Origin: a virus
Direction: 5' to 3' (one strand)
Virus record (IMG/VR): IMGVR_UViG_2872534562_000004
Location: 203-64,202 of that record
Length of the DNA stretch: 64,000 nt
This document shows positions 18,645-26,342 of the stretch, one piece after another. Made by a program: the position numbers and the translations under genes. The notes under the pieces are model-generated. The model was given only the letters and a program-made list of their open reading frames with translations. It did not search any database and was not told the origin of the DNA. The stretch's first letter is position 1; every line of letters starts with the position of its first letter.

Positions 18645-18930
18645 GAGGCACTCACTCCTTTGATGATTTCCCAGATGCGCCTCAGAGAAGCGCATCGAGG
18701 AAATCGGTGTCGCTGGCCGGCGTTACGCGCCACGTCCGGCTGGGCGGCTACTTTCTCGGGGGACCTGAGATCCCGACAGCCGGCCACGCTTTGCTGCCGA
18801 CTCTCGCTTGCGGTGCTCGAAGCTGCACACCCGGGGCGAGGCGTCCCCTGAATCCCGTTCTGCCTGTCGGCAAGGCCTTGGCTCGCTGTGGCCTGTTCTG
18901 TCGTCACGATGTTCTGTGCCGACGGCATGA

Positions 18931-18995
18931 AAATTATCAGCGGTCATATTATTGGTCAAGACCTGCGGTATTAAAAAAATCAAAATAGCGCTCTT
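18931..18995 (-). promoter_or_regulatory. PL promoter with OL operators
   Basis: TTGACC-N17-TAATTT; 15-bp boxes ATTATCagcGGTCAT (18933), AAGACCtgcGGTATT (18958), weak third at 18981. Confidence 0.75.
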
Positions 18996-19034
18996 GAAAA
19001 GTAGGGGTTCTGGTAATACTGTATGGATATACAG
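18994..19034 (+). promoter_or_regulatory. SOS promoter with LexA box
   Basis: TTGAAA-N17-TACTGT overlapped by CTGTATGGATATACAG (19019-19034). Confidence 0.88.
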
Positions 19035-19049
19035 CCTGTGGAGGTGCTT

Positions 19050-19316
19050 ATGGCCAAGCAAAAGAAAAAGCAGGAAGCCCAGGTTCTCACCGCGGGTGAG
19101 AAGCTAGGGTTGCGGGTGACCCAGATGATCAACTCGCCGAAGGCCCAAGAGCTTCGGACAGTAACTATTCACCGTCTGGACACGGATGCAGACGAGGCCT
19201 GGGAAGGGATTATGGAAGTGTTGGCCGAGACGGACGGCATTGATCTGACTTTCAACGATGACGGCAGCGTCACGTTGAGGTGGGAGGAGCAGGAGAGGGG
19301 CGAGCAGGCCTGGTAG
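19050..19316 (+). CDS. DUF1654-family protein
   Basis: EKLGLRVTQMINSPKAQ...W...LAETDGIDLTFNDDGSVTLRW. Confidence 0.8.
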   Translation: MAKQKKKQEAQVLTAGEKLGLRVTQMINSPKAQELRTVTIHRLDTDADEAWEGIMEVLAETDGIDLTFNDDGSVTLRWEEQERGEQAW

Positions 19317-19352
19317 CCCCGGACGGGGCTGGCCAGGCGGGTGGGAGCGGGC

Positions 19353-20156
19353 TCAGTGTTTTCTACGTCTCATGACGGACCACCAGAAGACCCAACCGAT
19401 GATGCTGAGGTTACTCTCACGCATTTGGTCCCTGGTGTACTCCTCGTCTGGGTATTCGTCACGGTTAAAGCTGCGCAGGCGGATGCCTCCGCCGGGTAGG
19501 CGATAGACGAACTTCACTCGCAGCATATCGTCATGCTTCAGGGCATAGATCTCGCCGTCAGTGATTGTGCTGACTGATAGATCGACTCCGATGATCGCGC
19601 CGTCTGCGATCAGCGGTTCCATAGAGTTCCCCGTAACGTTCACGCAGACCGAGTTCTTGGGGTCTACTCCCGACTCCCGGAGGACTGTGCGAGGGAACCG
19701 AATTTTGCGCTTCGCCTGCTCCAGATCAGGCAAGCGACCATCCCCCGCTGCAATCTGAATTTCGTTGAAATAGGGAATCTCGACTTCATCGGCATCCAGT
19801 GGATCGCCGTCATCCCAGACGGGGATCGGTTCGAGGTCGCCCCTGGTATTTGCAACCGGCTTGGGGCGTACCGTCGTTGCCATGCGCTCTATCTCCTCGG
19901 CCAGGCGCGGGCTGAAGTCCCTGACCTGAATCTCAAGATAGCGAGCGAAAACCGCTGCTGCCTCTGCGTTCAGCGCGTTCTTCCCAGTGAGGTAATGACT
20001 TGCCGCACTCTGGGTGGTGGCGCCAAGCCCCTCGAGGGCGATCTTCTCTTGAGTGATGCCGAGTTCTCTTTTCTTCGCCTTGTAAATGGCATTGAGAGCT
20101 TGGCACTCCTGCTTTTCTTCGGCCGTGAGCGGCCGCTTCTTCGATTTCATGTTCAT
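19353..20156 (-). CDS. cI: CI-like repressor (HTH + S24 autopeptidase)
   Basis: HTH TQSAASHYLTG; AAG cleavage site; GNSMEP Ser and RVK Lys. Confidence 0.95.
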   Translation of the reverse strand: MNMKSKKRPLTAEEKQECQALNAIYKAKKRELGITQEKIALEGLGATTQSAASHYLTGKNALNAEAAAVFARYLEIQVRDFSPRLAEEIERMATTVRPKPVANTRGDLEPIPVWDDGDPLDADEVEIPYFNEIQIAAGDGRLPDLEQAKRKIRFPRTVLRESGVDPKNSVCVNVTGNSMEPLIADGAIIGVDLSVSTITDGEIYALKHDDMLRVKFVYRLPGGGIRLRSFNRDEYPDEEYTRDQMRESNLSIIGWVFWWSVMRRRKH

Positions 20157-20167
20157 CCACTCATGAT

Positions 20168-20232
20168 ATTACCAGTGTTCATATTTCTCTAAGATCGCCG
20201 GTCTTGTAAAATTAAAGACCGCAAGTAATAAT
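20168..20232 (+). promoter_or_regulatory. OR operators and PR promoter
   Basis: ATTACCagtGTTCAT (20168), AAGATCgccGGTCTT (20191), AAGACCgcaAGTAAT (20215), 23-24 bp apart; TTGTAA-N17-AATAAT. Confidence 0.8.
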
Positions 20233-20257
20233 TCGGAATGACCGCGTAGGAGGGCAT

Positions 20258-20458
20258 ATGCAGATCATTCCCATTAACGAATTTGTGGCCGAGCAGGGGC
20301 AGGCGAAGGCAGCGGAGCTGCTCGGCGTGACCCAGGGGGCCATCAGTAAGGCGCTTCGAGCGGGGAGGAAGATCAATGTCTACCGCTGCGAAGATGGTTC
20401 GTACTCTGCTGAGGAGGTGCGCGCCTTCCCGGCCCAAAAGGTGCGCATGGCTTCGTGA
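20258..20458 (+). CDS. cro: Cro-like repressor
   Basis: GQAKAAELLGVTQGAISKALRAGRKI...AEEVRAFP, lambda Cro-like. Confidence 0.92.
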   Translation: MQIIPINEFVAEQGQAKAAELLGVTQGAISKALRAGRKINVYRCEDGSYSAEEVRAFPAQKVRMAS

Positions 20459-20459
20459 C

Positions 20460-21476
20460 ATGCAGTTCACCGTGACGATCAATCAAGCGAAAGCGCTCGA
20501 GTGGGGGCTGAACTCGCAGCAGGCGCTGCTGTTCGCCTTCGTCTACGAGTGCCCGAGTTGGGCGCGCCTGGTTCAGACGCCCGCAGGTGATTTCTACGCC
20601 CTGAGCAAAGCGAAGATCCTCGAGGAGTTGCCGCTGCTGACGGACAAGCCGGACACGGCGTACCGCTTGCTGAAGCAGATCGCTGCGGCCGGTGTGATCG
20701 ATCTGTCGAGCACAGCAACCATCACACTCGTGCGGCTCACTGCGAAGGGGCAGGAGTGGAATCGGAAACTGGACGGGTCGGAAAAATATCCGACCCAGGT
20801 CGGAGAAAAATCCGAGGTCGGAAATTCTTCCGAGGTCGGAGAAAAATCCGATGCAGGCAGGTCGGAAAAATCTCCGACCAAGATCGGAAAAAAATCCGGG
20901 GTAGGTCGGAAAAAAATCCGTTCAGGGTCGGAAAAATCTCCGACAAATCAGGTAACCAGTAATCAGGTAACCAGTAATCAGGGTACCAATCAGGATATTG
21001 CCGGGGAGGCTGCGCCGGCCCCGGGCGGGGAATTCGTCGGCGCCGAGCAAGAGCCCGGGCCGCGCTGCCAGATACCGGCCGACATGCCAGGCCCGAAAGA
21101 CCCGAACTGCAAGGCGTACCGCACATGGGCCAACTACGCCATGGCCTATCGCACTCGATACACCGCTTGGCCGGTTTGGAACGCATCGGTTGCCGGCAAG
21201 CTTTCGAAGCTGATCGATCGTGTGGGCCAGGCCGACGCGCCAAAGGTGGCCGCGTTCTACGTCAAGTGCATCCACGATGCTCGACTGATTGCTCAGCACC
21301 ATCCCCTCGGCCTGTTGTTGGCGAACGCTGAGGGCTACCACACGATGTGGTTGACCAATCGCCCGACCACCGGAACGCAGGCACGCCAGCAGGAGAACAC
21401 CGCATCGAACTTGTCCGCCGCTGAGCAGGCCCTGGCCGAGCAGAGAGCGAGGAGGGCTGCCCATGCTGACGCCTGA
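20460..21476 (+). CDS. Phage replication initiator protein
   Basis: N-terminal winged-helix-like region; internal iterons; follows cro. Confidence 0.85.
   Translation: MQFTVTINQAKALEWGLNSQQALLFAFVYECPSWARLVQTPAGDFYALSKAKILEELPLLTDKPDTAYRLLKQIAAAGVIDLSSTATITLVRLTAKGQEWNRKLDGSEKYPTQVGEKSEVGNSSEVGEKSDAGRSEKSPTKIGKKSGVGRKKIRSGSEKSPTNQVTSNQVTSNQGTNQDIAGEAAPAPGGEFVGAEQEPGPRCQIPADMPGPKDPNCKAYRTWANYAMAYRTRYTAWPVWNASVAGKLSKLIDRVGQADAPKVAAFYVKCIHDARLIAQHHPLGLLLANAEGYHTMWLTNRPTTGTQARQQENTASNLSAAEQALAEQRARRAAHADA
20776..20995. repeat. Replication origin: iteron array
   Basis: ~8 imperfect palindromes TCGGAAAAATCTCCG followed by tandem AATCAGGTAACCAGT repeats. Confidence 0.85.
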
Positions 21477-22320
21477 GCAACAAGACGAACTGCTGCTTTC
21501 CCTTTTCGGCACCGCCGAGGCAATGGGTCAGCAACTCACGCCGGCCGCTGCCCAACTCATGGTTCAAGACCTGGCTGCCTACGAAGAGCCAGTGCTGACC
21601 GCCGCATTGCAGGCCGTTCGCCGGGAGGGCGGACGATTCACTGTTGCCGCTGTACTCCGGCATGTCGAGTCCGCCGACGGTCGGCCCGAGCCGAACGAGG
21701 CCTGGGCGATCGCCCTACAGAGCTTCGACGAGGCTGAAACGGTGCTTATGACGCCGGAAATCCAGCAGGCGGCTGTGGTAGCCGCACCGCTTATGAAGGG
21801 GCGTGGTGACCGGGTGGGCGCGCGCATGGCGTTCATTGCCGCCTACGAGCGCCTGCTCACTCGTGCCAGGCAGCAGGCGCTGCCCGCCAGGTGGTCGCTG
21901 TCGTTGGGCAGCGATGCGGGCCGCCGAGCTGCTGCGATCGAGGAAGCGGAACGCCTGGGGCGTCTGCTGGCGCCGGCAGCGCAGTTGCTGCTCGAACAGC
22001 ACGTACTCGAACCGGTTTCGCCGGCCGGCAGCGCAATCGCCGGGCTGCTGACTGGACCCTCCGACCGGCTGCTGGCACTGACGAATGACCCACTGACCCG
22101 CGAAGCCCTTGCGAGGGAGGCTGCTGGTGGGGGGGATGTGCCAGACGACTTTCGCCGGCGGCTTGAAGACATCAAGAAGCGCTTGGTCCGCAGGGAAAAG
22201 GCGAAGGTCCGACTGCGTGATCGCCACCTGCGCCACGAGCGCGAAGACATGGACCGTCGGCGCGCCGCGGTTCTTCAAACCATCGATCAGCTACAGAGCC
22301 AGGAGGTTCAACATGGCTGA
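21463..22320 (+). CDS. Putative helicase loader/replication protein
   Basis: Follows initiator; DGRPEPNEAWA...ARMAFIAAYERL. Confidence 0.7.
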   Translation: MLTPEQQDELLLSLFGTAEAMGQQLTPAAAQLMVQDLAAYEEPVLTAALQAVRREGGRFTVAAVLRHVESADGRPEPNEAWAIALQSFDEAETVLMTPEIQQAAVVAAPLMKGRGDRVGARMAFIAAYERLLTRARQQALPARWSLSLGSDAGRRAAAIEEAERLGRLLAPAAQLLLEQHVLEPVSPAGSAIAGLLTGPSDRLLALTNDPLTREALAREAAGGGDVPDDFRRRLEDIKKRLVRREKAKVRLRDRHLRHEREDMDRRRAAVLQTIDQLQSQEVQHG

Positions 22321-22864
22321 AGCACTATCAACCCAGGCGCCGGCCAAGAGCGCGGCGGCGAAGAGGAAGCGCGCCGGGCGGCCGATCTACCTGGAGTTCA
22401 AGCGCATGGTCGACCCGGACACCGGCGAGGTTCGCCTGGCCCTGGTCGCCGACAGCGGCATCGACAAGTTCCTGCTGAAGGAGCGCGGGTATAAGGCTGG
22501 CGCAAAAGTGCGCGCGGAGCTGAAGCAGCCGCGGGACGTTCGCAAGCACCGCCTGGTCCACCGCCTGGGCCAGTTAGTCGCGCGCAATGTGGATGGGTTC
22601 CAGGGGATGGATGCGCACTCGGTGATCAAGAAGCTACAGGGAGACGCCGGGGTCTGCTGTAGCTCGGAGTATTTCGACCTGGGCGGGCTGGGGCGCGTGT
22701 CGCGCCTGGTGCCGGAGTCGTTGGCGTTCGACGAAATGCCCGAGGAGCGGTTCCTTGAGTTCTGGCGAGGCATCTGCCAGCACCTGATCGAGCACTACTG
22801 GACGGGCATGAGCGAAGAGCAGATCGGCGACATGATCAACATGATGCCCGAGGAGGTGGTATGA
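22313..22864 (+). CDS. NinB/DUF1367-like recombination protein
   Basis: KQPRDVRKHRL...PESLAFDEMPEERF. Confidence 0.75.
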   Translation: MAEALSTQAPAKSAAAKRKRAGRPIYLEFKRMVDPDTGEVRLALVADSGIDKFLLKERGYKAGAKVRAELKQPRDVRKHRLVHRLGQLVARNVDGFQGMDAHSVIKKLQGDAGVCCSSEYFDLGGLGRVSRLVPESLAFDEMPEERFLEFWRGICQHLIEHYWTGMSEEQIGDMINMMPEEVV

Positions 22865-22919
22865 CCCGGAGCCGCGACGACTACTGGGGATTCGTCGACC
22901 CTACCGCGGAGGTGGTGTG

Positions 22920-23534
22920 ATGCTGGTCGCCGCGAAGAAGCCTCGCAAGAAGACGTGCAAGGCGTGCCGGGAGGTATTCACCCCGGAGCGATCGCTACAG
23001 TCAGTGTGCAGTCCGAAGTGCGGATTGGCGTTGGCGGCTGCCAAGCGAGAGAGAGAGCGGAAGTCTCTGGCGAAGATAGAGCGCCGCGAGATCCGTGCGG
23101 CCAAGGAACGCTTCAAGACCCGTTCGGACCATATGCGTGAGGCGCAGGCCGCTTTCAACGAGTGGATTCGCCTACGCGACGCCGACAAGCCATGTATCAG
23201 TTGCGATTCCACGGCCTATGACGCAGGGCTGATCACCGGCAGTCGCTGGGATGCAGGGCATTACCGCTCCGTCGGTGCTTGTCAGGCTCTGCGCTTCGAG
23301 CCGCTGAACGTGCATCGGCAGTGCGTGCGTTGCAACAGGGACATGTCCGGCAACGTGGTGGAGTACCGCATACGCTTGGTCCAGCGCATCGGCGCCGAGA
23401 AAGTCGAATGGCTAGAGGGGCCGCACGAGCCCCGGCGGTTTCCTATCGATGAACTGAAGGAGATCAAGGCCAAGTATCGAGCGCTGTCTCGGGAGCTGAA
23501 GCGCAAGATGGGGAGGGGAGTAGGGCATGGCTGA
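22920..23534 (+). CDS. ninG: NinG/Rap endonuclease
   Basis: CKAC, VCSPKC, AQAAFNEWIRLRD, CISC, DAGHYRS, NVHRQCVRCN. Confidence 0.93.
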   Translation: MLVAAKKPRKKTCKACREVFTPERSLQSVCSPKCGLALAAAKRERERKSLAKIERREIRAAKERFKTRSDHMREAQAAFNEWIRLRDADKPCISCDSTAYDAGLITGSRWDAGHYRSVGACQALRFEPLNVHRQCVRCNRDMSGNVVEYRIRLVQRIGAEKVEWLEGPHEPRRFPIDELKEIKAKYRALSRELKRKMGRGVGHG

Positions 23535-23616
23535 CCCTCAGTTCAAGGAGTGGCTGCAGGAGCAGTGGCGCATTCTGCGTCAACACGGGCTCATCGCTGA
23601 AGGGGAGAGCAGATGA
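23527..23616 (+). CDS. Small coupled peptide (29 aa)
   Basis: MADPQFKEWLQEQWRILRQHGLIAEGESR; overlaps both neighbours. Confidence 0.45.
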   Translation: MADPQFKEWLQEQWRILRQHGLIAEGESR

Positions 23617-24107
23617 AGAAATCTTCGACCCAGGTTGTACTCGACGCCGTTCGGGAACTGCACAGCCAGCAGCAGATCGTCACTCGCCAGACCCTGGTCG
23701 AACTCACGGGGTTGAAGCCCGGCGTTGTCGATGACCGCCTGTCCGTCCTGGTGGACGACTTGCTGGTGCTGCGCGTCGAGCGCGGAGTGTTCGTACCGGC
23801 ACCGCAGTTCGATCCGCCCAGGCCGATCACTATCACGCAGATACCAGGTGGCTGGGCGAAGGTCGAGATCAGCGATGATCACGTCATCACGCTTACGCCA
23901 GCGGAGAAGCGGATGCTCGGTGAACTTCTGGCAGGTGCTGCTCAGCAGTTTGCAGCGATCGATATCGGGCATTCGAACCAGATACTGGCCGCAGAGCTGG
24001 CGATCAAGATACGGAAGCTGGAAAGAGAAGTGGCAGCATTGCGCGCAGACAGGACCGATGGTGGGCAACTCACCTTAGCCATGAGTGATGCCGCTGCTGT
24101 GCAATAG
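23613..24107 (+). CDS. Winged-HTH protein, candidate late-gene regulator
   Basis: VTRQTLVELTGLKPGVVDDRL...RVERGVF; occupies the Q/late-activator position. Confidence 0.7.
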   Translation: MKKSSTQVVLDAVRELHSQQQIVTRQTLVELTGLKPGVVDDRLSVLVDDLLVLRVERGVFVPAPQFDPPRPITITQIPGGWAKVEISDDHVITLTPAEKRMLGELLAGAAQQFAAIDIGHSNQILAAELAIKIRKLEREVAALRADRTDGGQLTLAMSDAAAVQ

Positions 24108-24109
24108 AC

Positions 24110-24346
24110 TCAGCATAGGGCGACGATATCACCAGCAGCCACTCGCTCAGACAGAGCCGTCAGCCTGCCGATTCCTTCCTGCAGGAATCGGCTCAGTTGC
24201 TCGATGCACTCGTGCTGATCCTGAGTGAGGCGAAACTCCGACTCCATGGCTGCCATCAAGTCCAGGCAGCACTGATTGAGGAAACCTACCTCTAGCAGTT
24301 CTGCCCGTAATCGACGCCTCAGTATCTCGTCCATTCCAATGTCCAT
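24110..24346 (-). CDS. Antisense hypothetical protein
   Basis: Fills gap before terminase; helical 78 aa. Confidence 0.6.
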   Translation of the reverse strand: MDIGMDEILRRRLRAELLEVGFLNQCCLDLMAAMESEFRLTQDQHECIEQLSRFLQEGIGRLTALSERVAAGDIVALC

Positions 24347-24486
24347 CTACTTCGCATAAGCAGTTGGGGACCGTAGCAAAAACGAGATGCCTGTCACAAT
24401 TATCAGAACGATTAGGGTTTTCGCCAACCTGCATGATCCCCCTGTAAGGTTCGACCCATCCCCTCTGGCCCGGACAATTCCGGGTC

Positions 24487-25053
24487 ATGACTCAGAAGCC
24501 CAGCACAAAACCGAAGAAGACCCCGGTAGCGAAGACGCGCGCTACTGGGGCTTCCGCACGTCCCCCAGCCAAGACCGCAGCGAAACGGCCACCGGGTCGC
24601 CCGAGCAGGTATACGCCCACTGTCGGCCTGGCTGTCTGTACCGCGCTTGCCGAGGGCATGAGCCTGCGGAAGGTATGCCAGTTACCGGGCATGCCGGCGA
24701 TGTCCACGTTCCTCCGATGGCTGGCCGACGAGCAGCATGCAGATTTGCGAGAGCAGTACGCGCGTGCGCGCGAGGCACAGGCCGACACGCTCGCCGAGGA
24801 GATCCTGCAGATCGCTGACGACGGCTCGAACGACACATACACGGACGATGAAGGCCGCACGCATGTCGACTACGACCATATCTCCAGGTCGAAGCTGCGC
24901 GTAGATGCTCGAAAGTGGTTGGCGTCGAAGATGGCGCCCAAGAAGTATGGCGACCGCATCACCAACGAGCACACTGGCGCGAATGGTGGCGCCATAGAGG
25001 TCAAGAGCACAGTCACCTTCGTGCAGCCCAAGCCACGAGGTGACGACGAGTGA
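24487..25053 (+). CDS. terS: Terminase small subunit (Sf6/P22-like)
   Basis: GRPSRYT...LAEGMSLRKVC...YARARE...RVDARKWLASKMAPKKYGD. Confidence 0.93.
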   Translation: MTQKPSTKPKKTPVAKTRATGASARPPAKTAAKRPPGRPSRYTPTVGLAVCTALAEGMSLRKVCQLPGMPAMSTFLRWLADEQHADLREQYARAREAQADTLAEEILQIADDGSNDTYTDDEGRTHVDYDHISRSKLRVDARKWLASKMAPKKYGDRITNEHTGANGGAIEVKSTVTFVQPKPRGDDE

Positions 25054-26333
25054 CCACCTTCGTCGCTGCGCCTCTCAACCTGAACATCACGCTCCCCTTC
25101 AAACTGGCGCCACTGTACGAGGCGCGCCGGTACAAGGTCATGCGTGGTGGGCGCGGTGGCGGAAAGTCCCATGGCGTGGCCCAGGTGCTGCTCGACATGG
25201 GCGCGCGCAAACCCCTGCGCATTCTCTGCGCGCGGGAAATCCAGAAGTCTATGCGCGACTCGGTTCACCGGCTGCTGCGCGACTACATCGTCAAGCTCGG
25301 CCTGACCGAGTTCTACGAGGTGCTGGACACCGAGATTCGTGGACGCAACGGCACGCTGTTCCTGTTCTCCGGCCTGCAAGGGCACACCGTCGATTCCATC
25401 AAGTCCTTTGAGGGCGTGGACATCGTATGGGTGGAAGAAGCCCAGGGCGTGTGCAAGAAGTCCTGGGACGTGCTGATCCCGACCATCCGCAAGGATGGAT
25501 CGGAGATATGGCTGACGCTCAACCCGGCGATGGACACCGACGACACCTACGTGCGGTTCTGCGCCGCGCCGGATGACGACGTGTGGCTCTGCGAAATCAA
25601 CTGGCGCGACAACCCGTGGTTCCCTGATGTCCTCAACCAGGAGCGCCTGCGCGCCAAGCGCTCCATGTCGCAGGAGGACTACGAGCACATATGGGAAGGC
25701 AAGCCGCGCACCGTGGCCGAGGGTGCCATCTACCGCCATGAAATCCTGGACCTGATGGAAAGCGGGCGCGTTCGCCCGGTGCCATACGACCCTCTGCTAC
25801 CCGTCCACACGGTATGGGACTTGGGCTGGAACGACGCCATGACCATCGGCTTTGTCCAGCGCGGGCCGATGGACGTGCGAATCATCGACTACATCGAGGA
25901 CAGCCATCGCACGCTGGATTGGTACGTGGCGCAGATCGAGAAACGCCCGTATCGCTGGGGCATCGACTACCTGCCGCACGACGGTCGTACCCGCAACTAC
26001 CAGACCGGCAAGAGCACCGAGGAACAGCTACAGGCGATGGGCCGTAAGGTCCACGTCCTGGCCGCCACCAGCGTAGAGGAAGGCATCAAGGCCGTGCGCA
26101 TGCTGTTCCCGCGCTGCTACTTCGACAAGGACAAGACCGGGCGTCTGGTGGAGTGCCTGAAGCGCTACCGCCGCGCCCTGCACCAGCATACCGGAGAGGC
26201 CATGGCTCCCCTGCACGACGAATACAGCCACGGCTCCGACATGTTCCGCTACGTCGGCCAGGCCGTGGAAATCATGCCCAACGAAATGGAACGCACCTAC
26301 GAGGAAGCGGAAGCGCCTGACTGGCGACTGTGA
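25050..26333 (+). CDS. terL: Terminase large subunit (PBSX-type)
   Basis: Walker A GGRGGGKS, Walker B WVEEA, nuclease WDLG...D. Confidence 0.96.
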   Translation: MTTFVAAPLNLNITLPFKLAPLYEARRYKVMRGGRGGGKSHGVAQVLLDMGARKPLRILCAREIQKSMRDSVHRLLRDYIVKLGLTEFYEVLDTEIRGRNGTLFLFSGLQGHTVDSIKSFEGVDIVWVEEAQGVCKKSWDVLIPTIRKDGSEIWLTLNPAMDTDDTYVRFCAAPDDDVWLCEINWRDNPWFPDVLNQERLRAKRSMSQEDYEHIWEGKPRTVAEGAIYRHEILDLMESGRVRPVPYDPLLPVHTVWDLGWNDAMTIGFVQRGPMDVRIIDYIEDSHRTLDWYVAQIEKRPYRWGIDYLPHDGRTRNYQTGKSTEEQLQAMGRKVHVLAATSVEEGIKAVRMLFPRCYFDKDKTGRLVECLKRYRRALHQHTGEAMAPLHDEYSHGSDMFRYVGQAVEIMPNEMERTYEEAEAPDWRL

Positions 26334-26342
26334 GGACACGAC

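Noticed and set aside
20776..20995. Repeat array as a CRISPR array
   Set aside because: No unique spacers of regular length, no cas genes; lies in frame within the initiator
22861..22920. 19-codon ORF MTRSRDDYWGFVDPTAEVV
   Set aside because: Probably only a translational-coupling linker or remnant; ends duplicate GGAGGTGGT(A/G)TGA; no support for function
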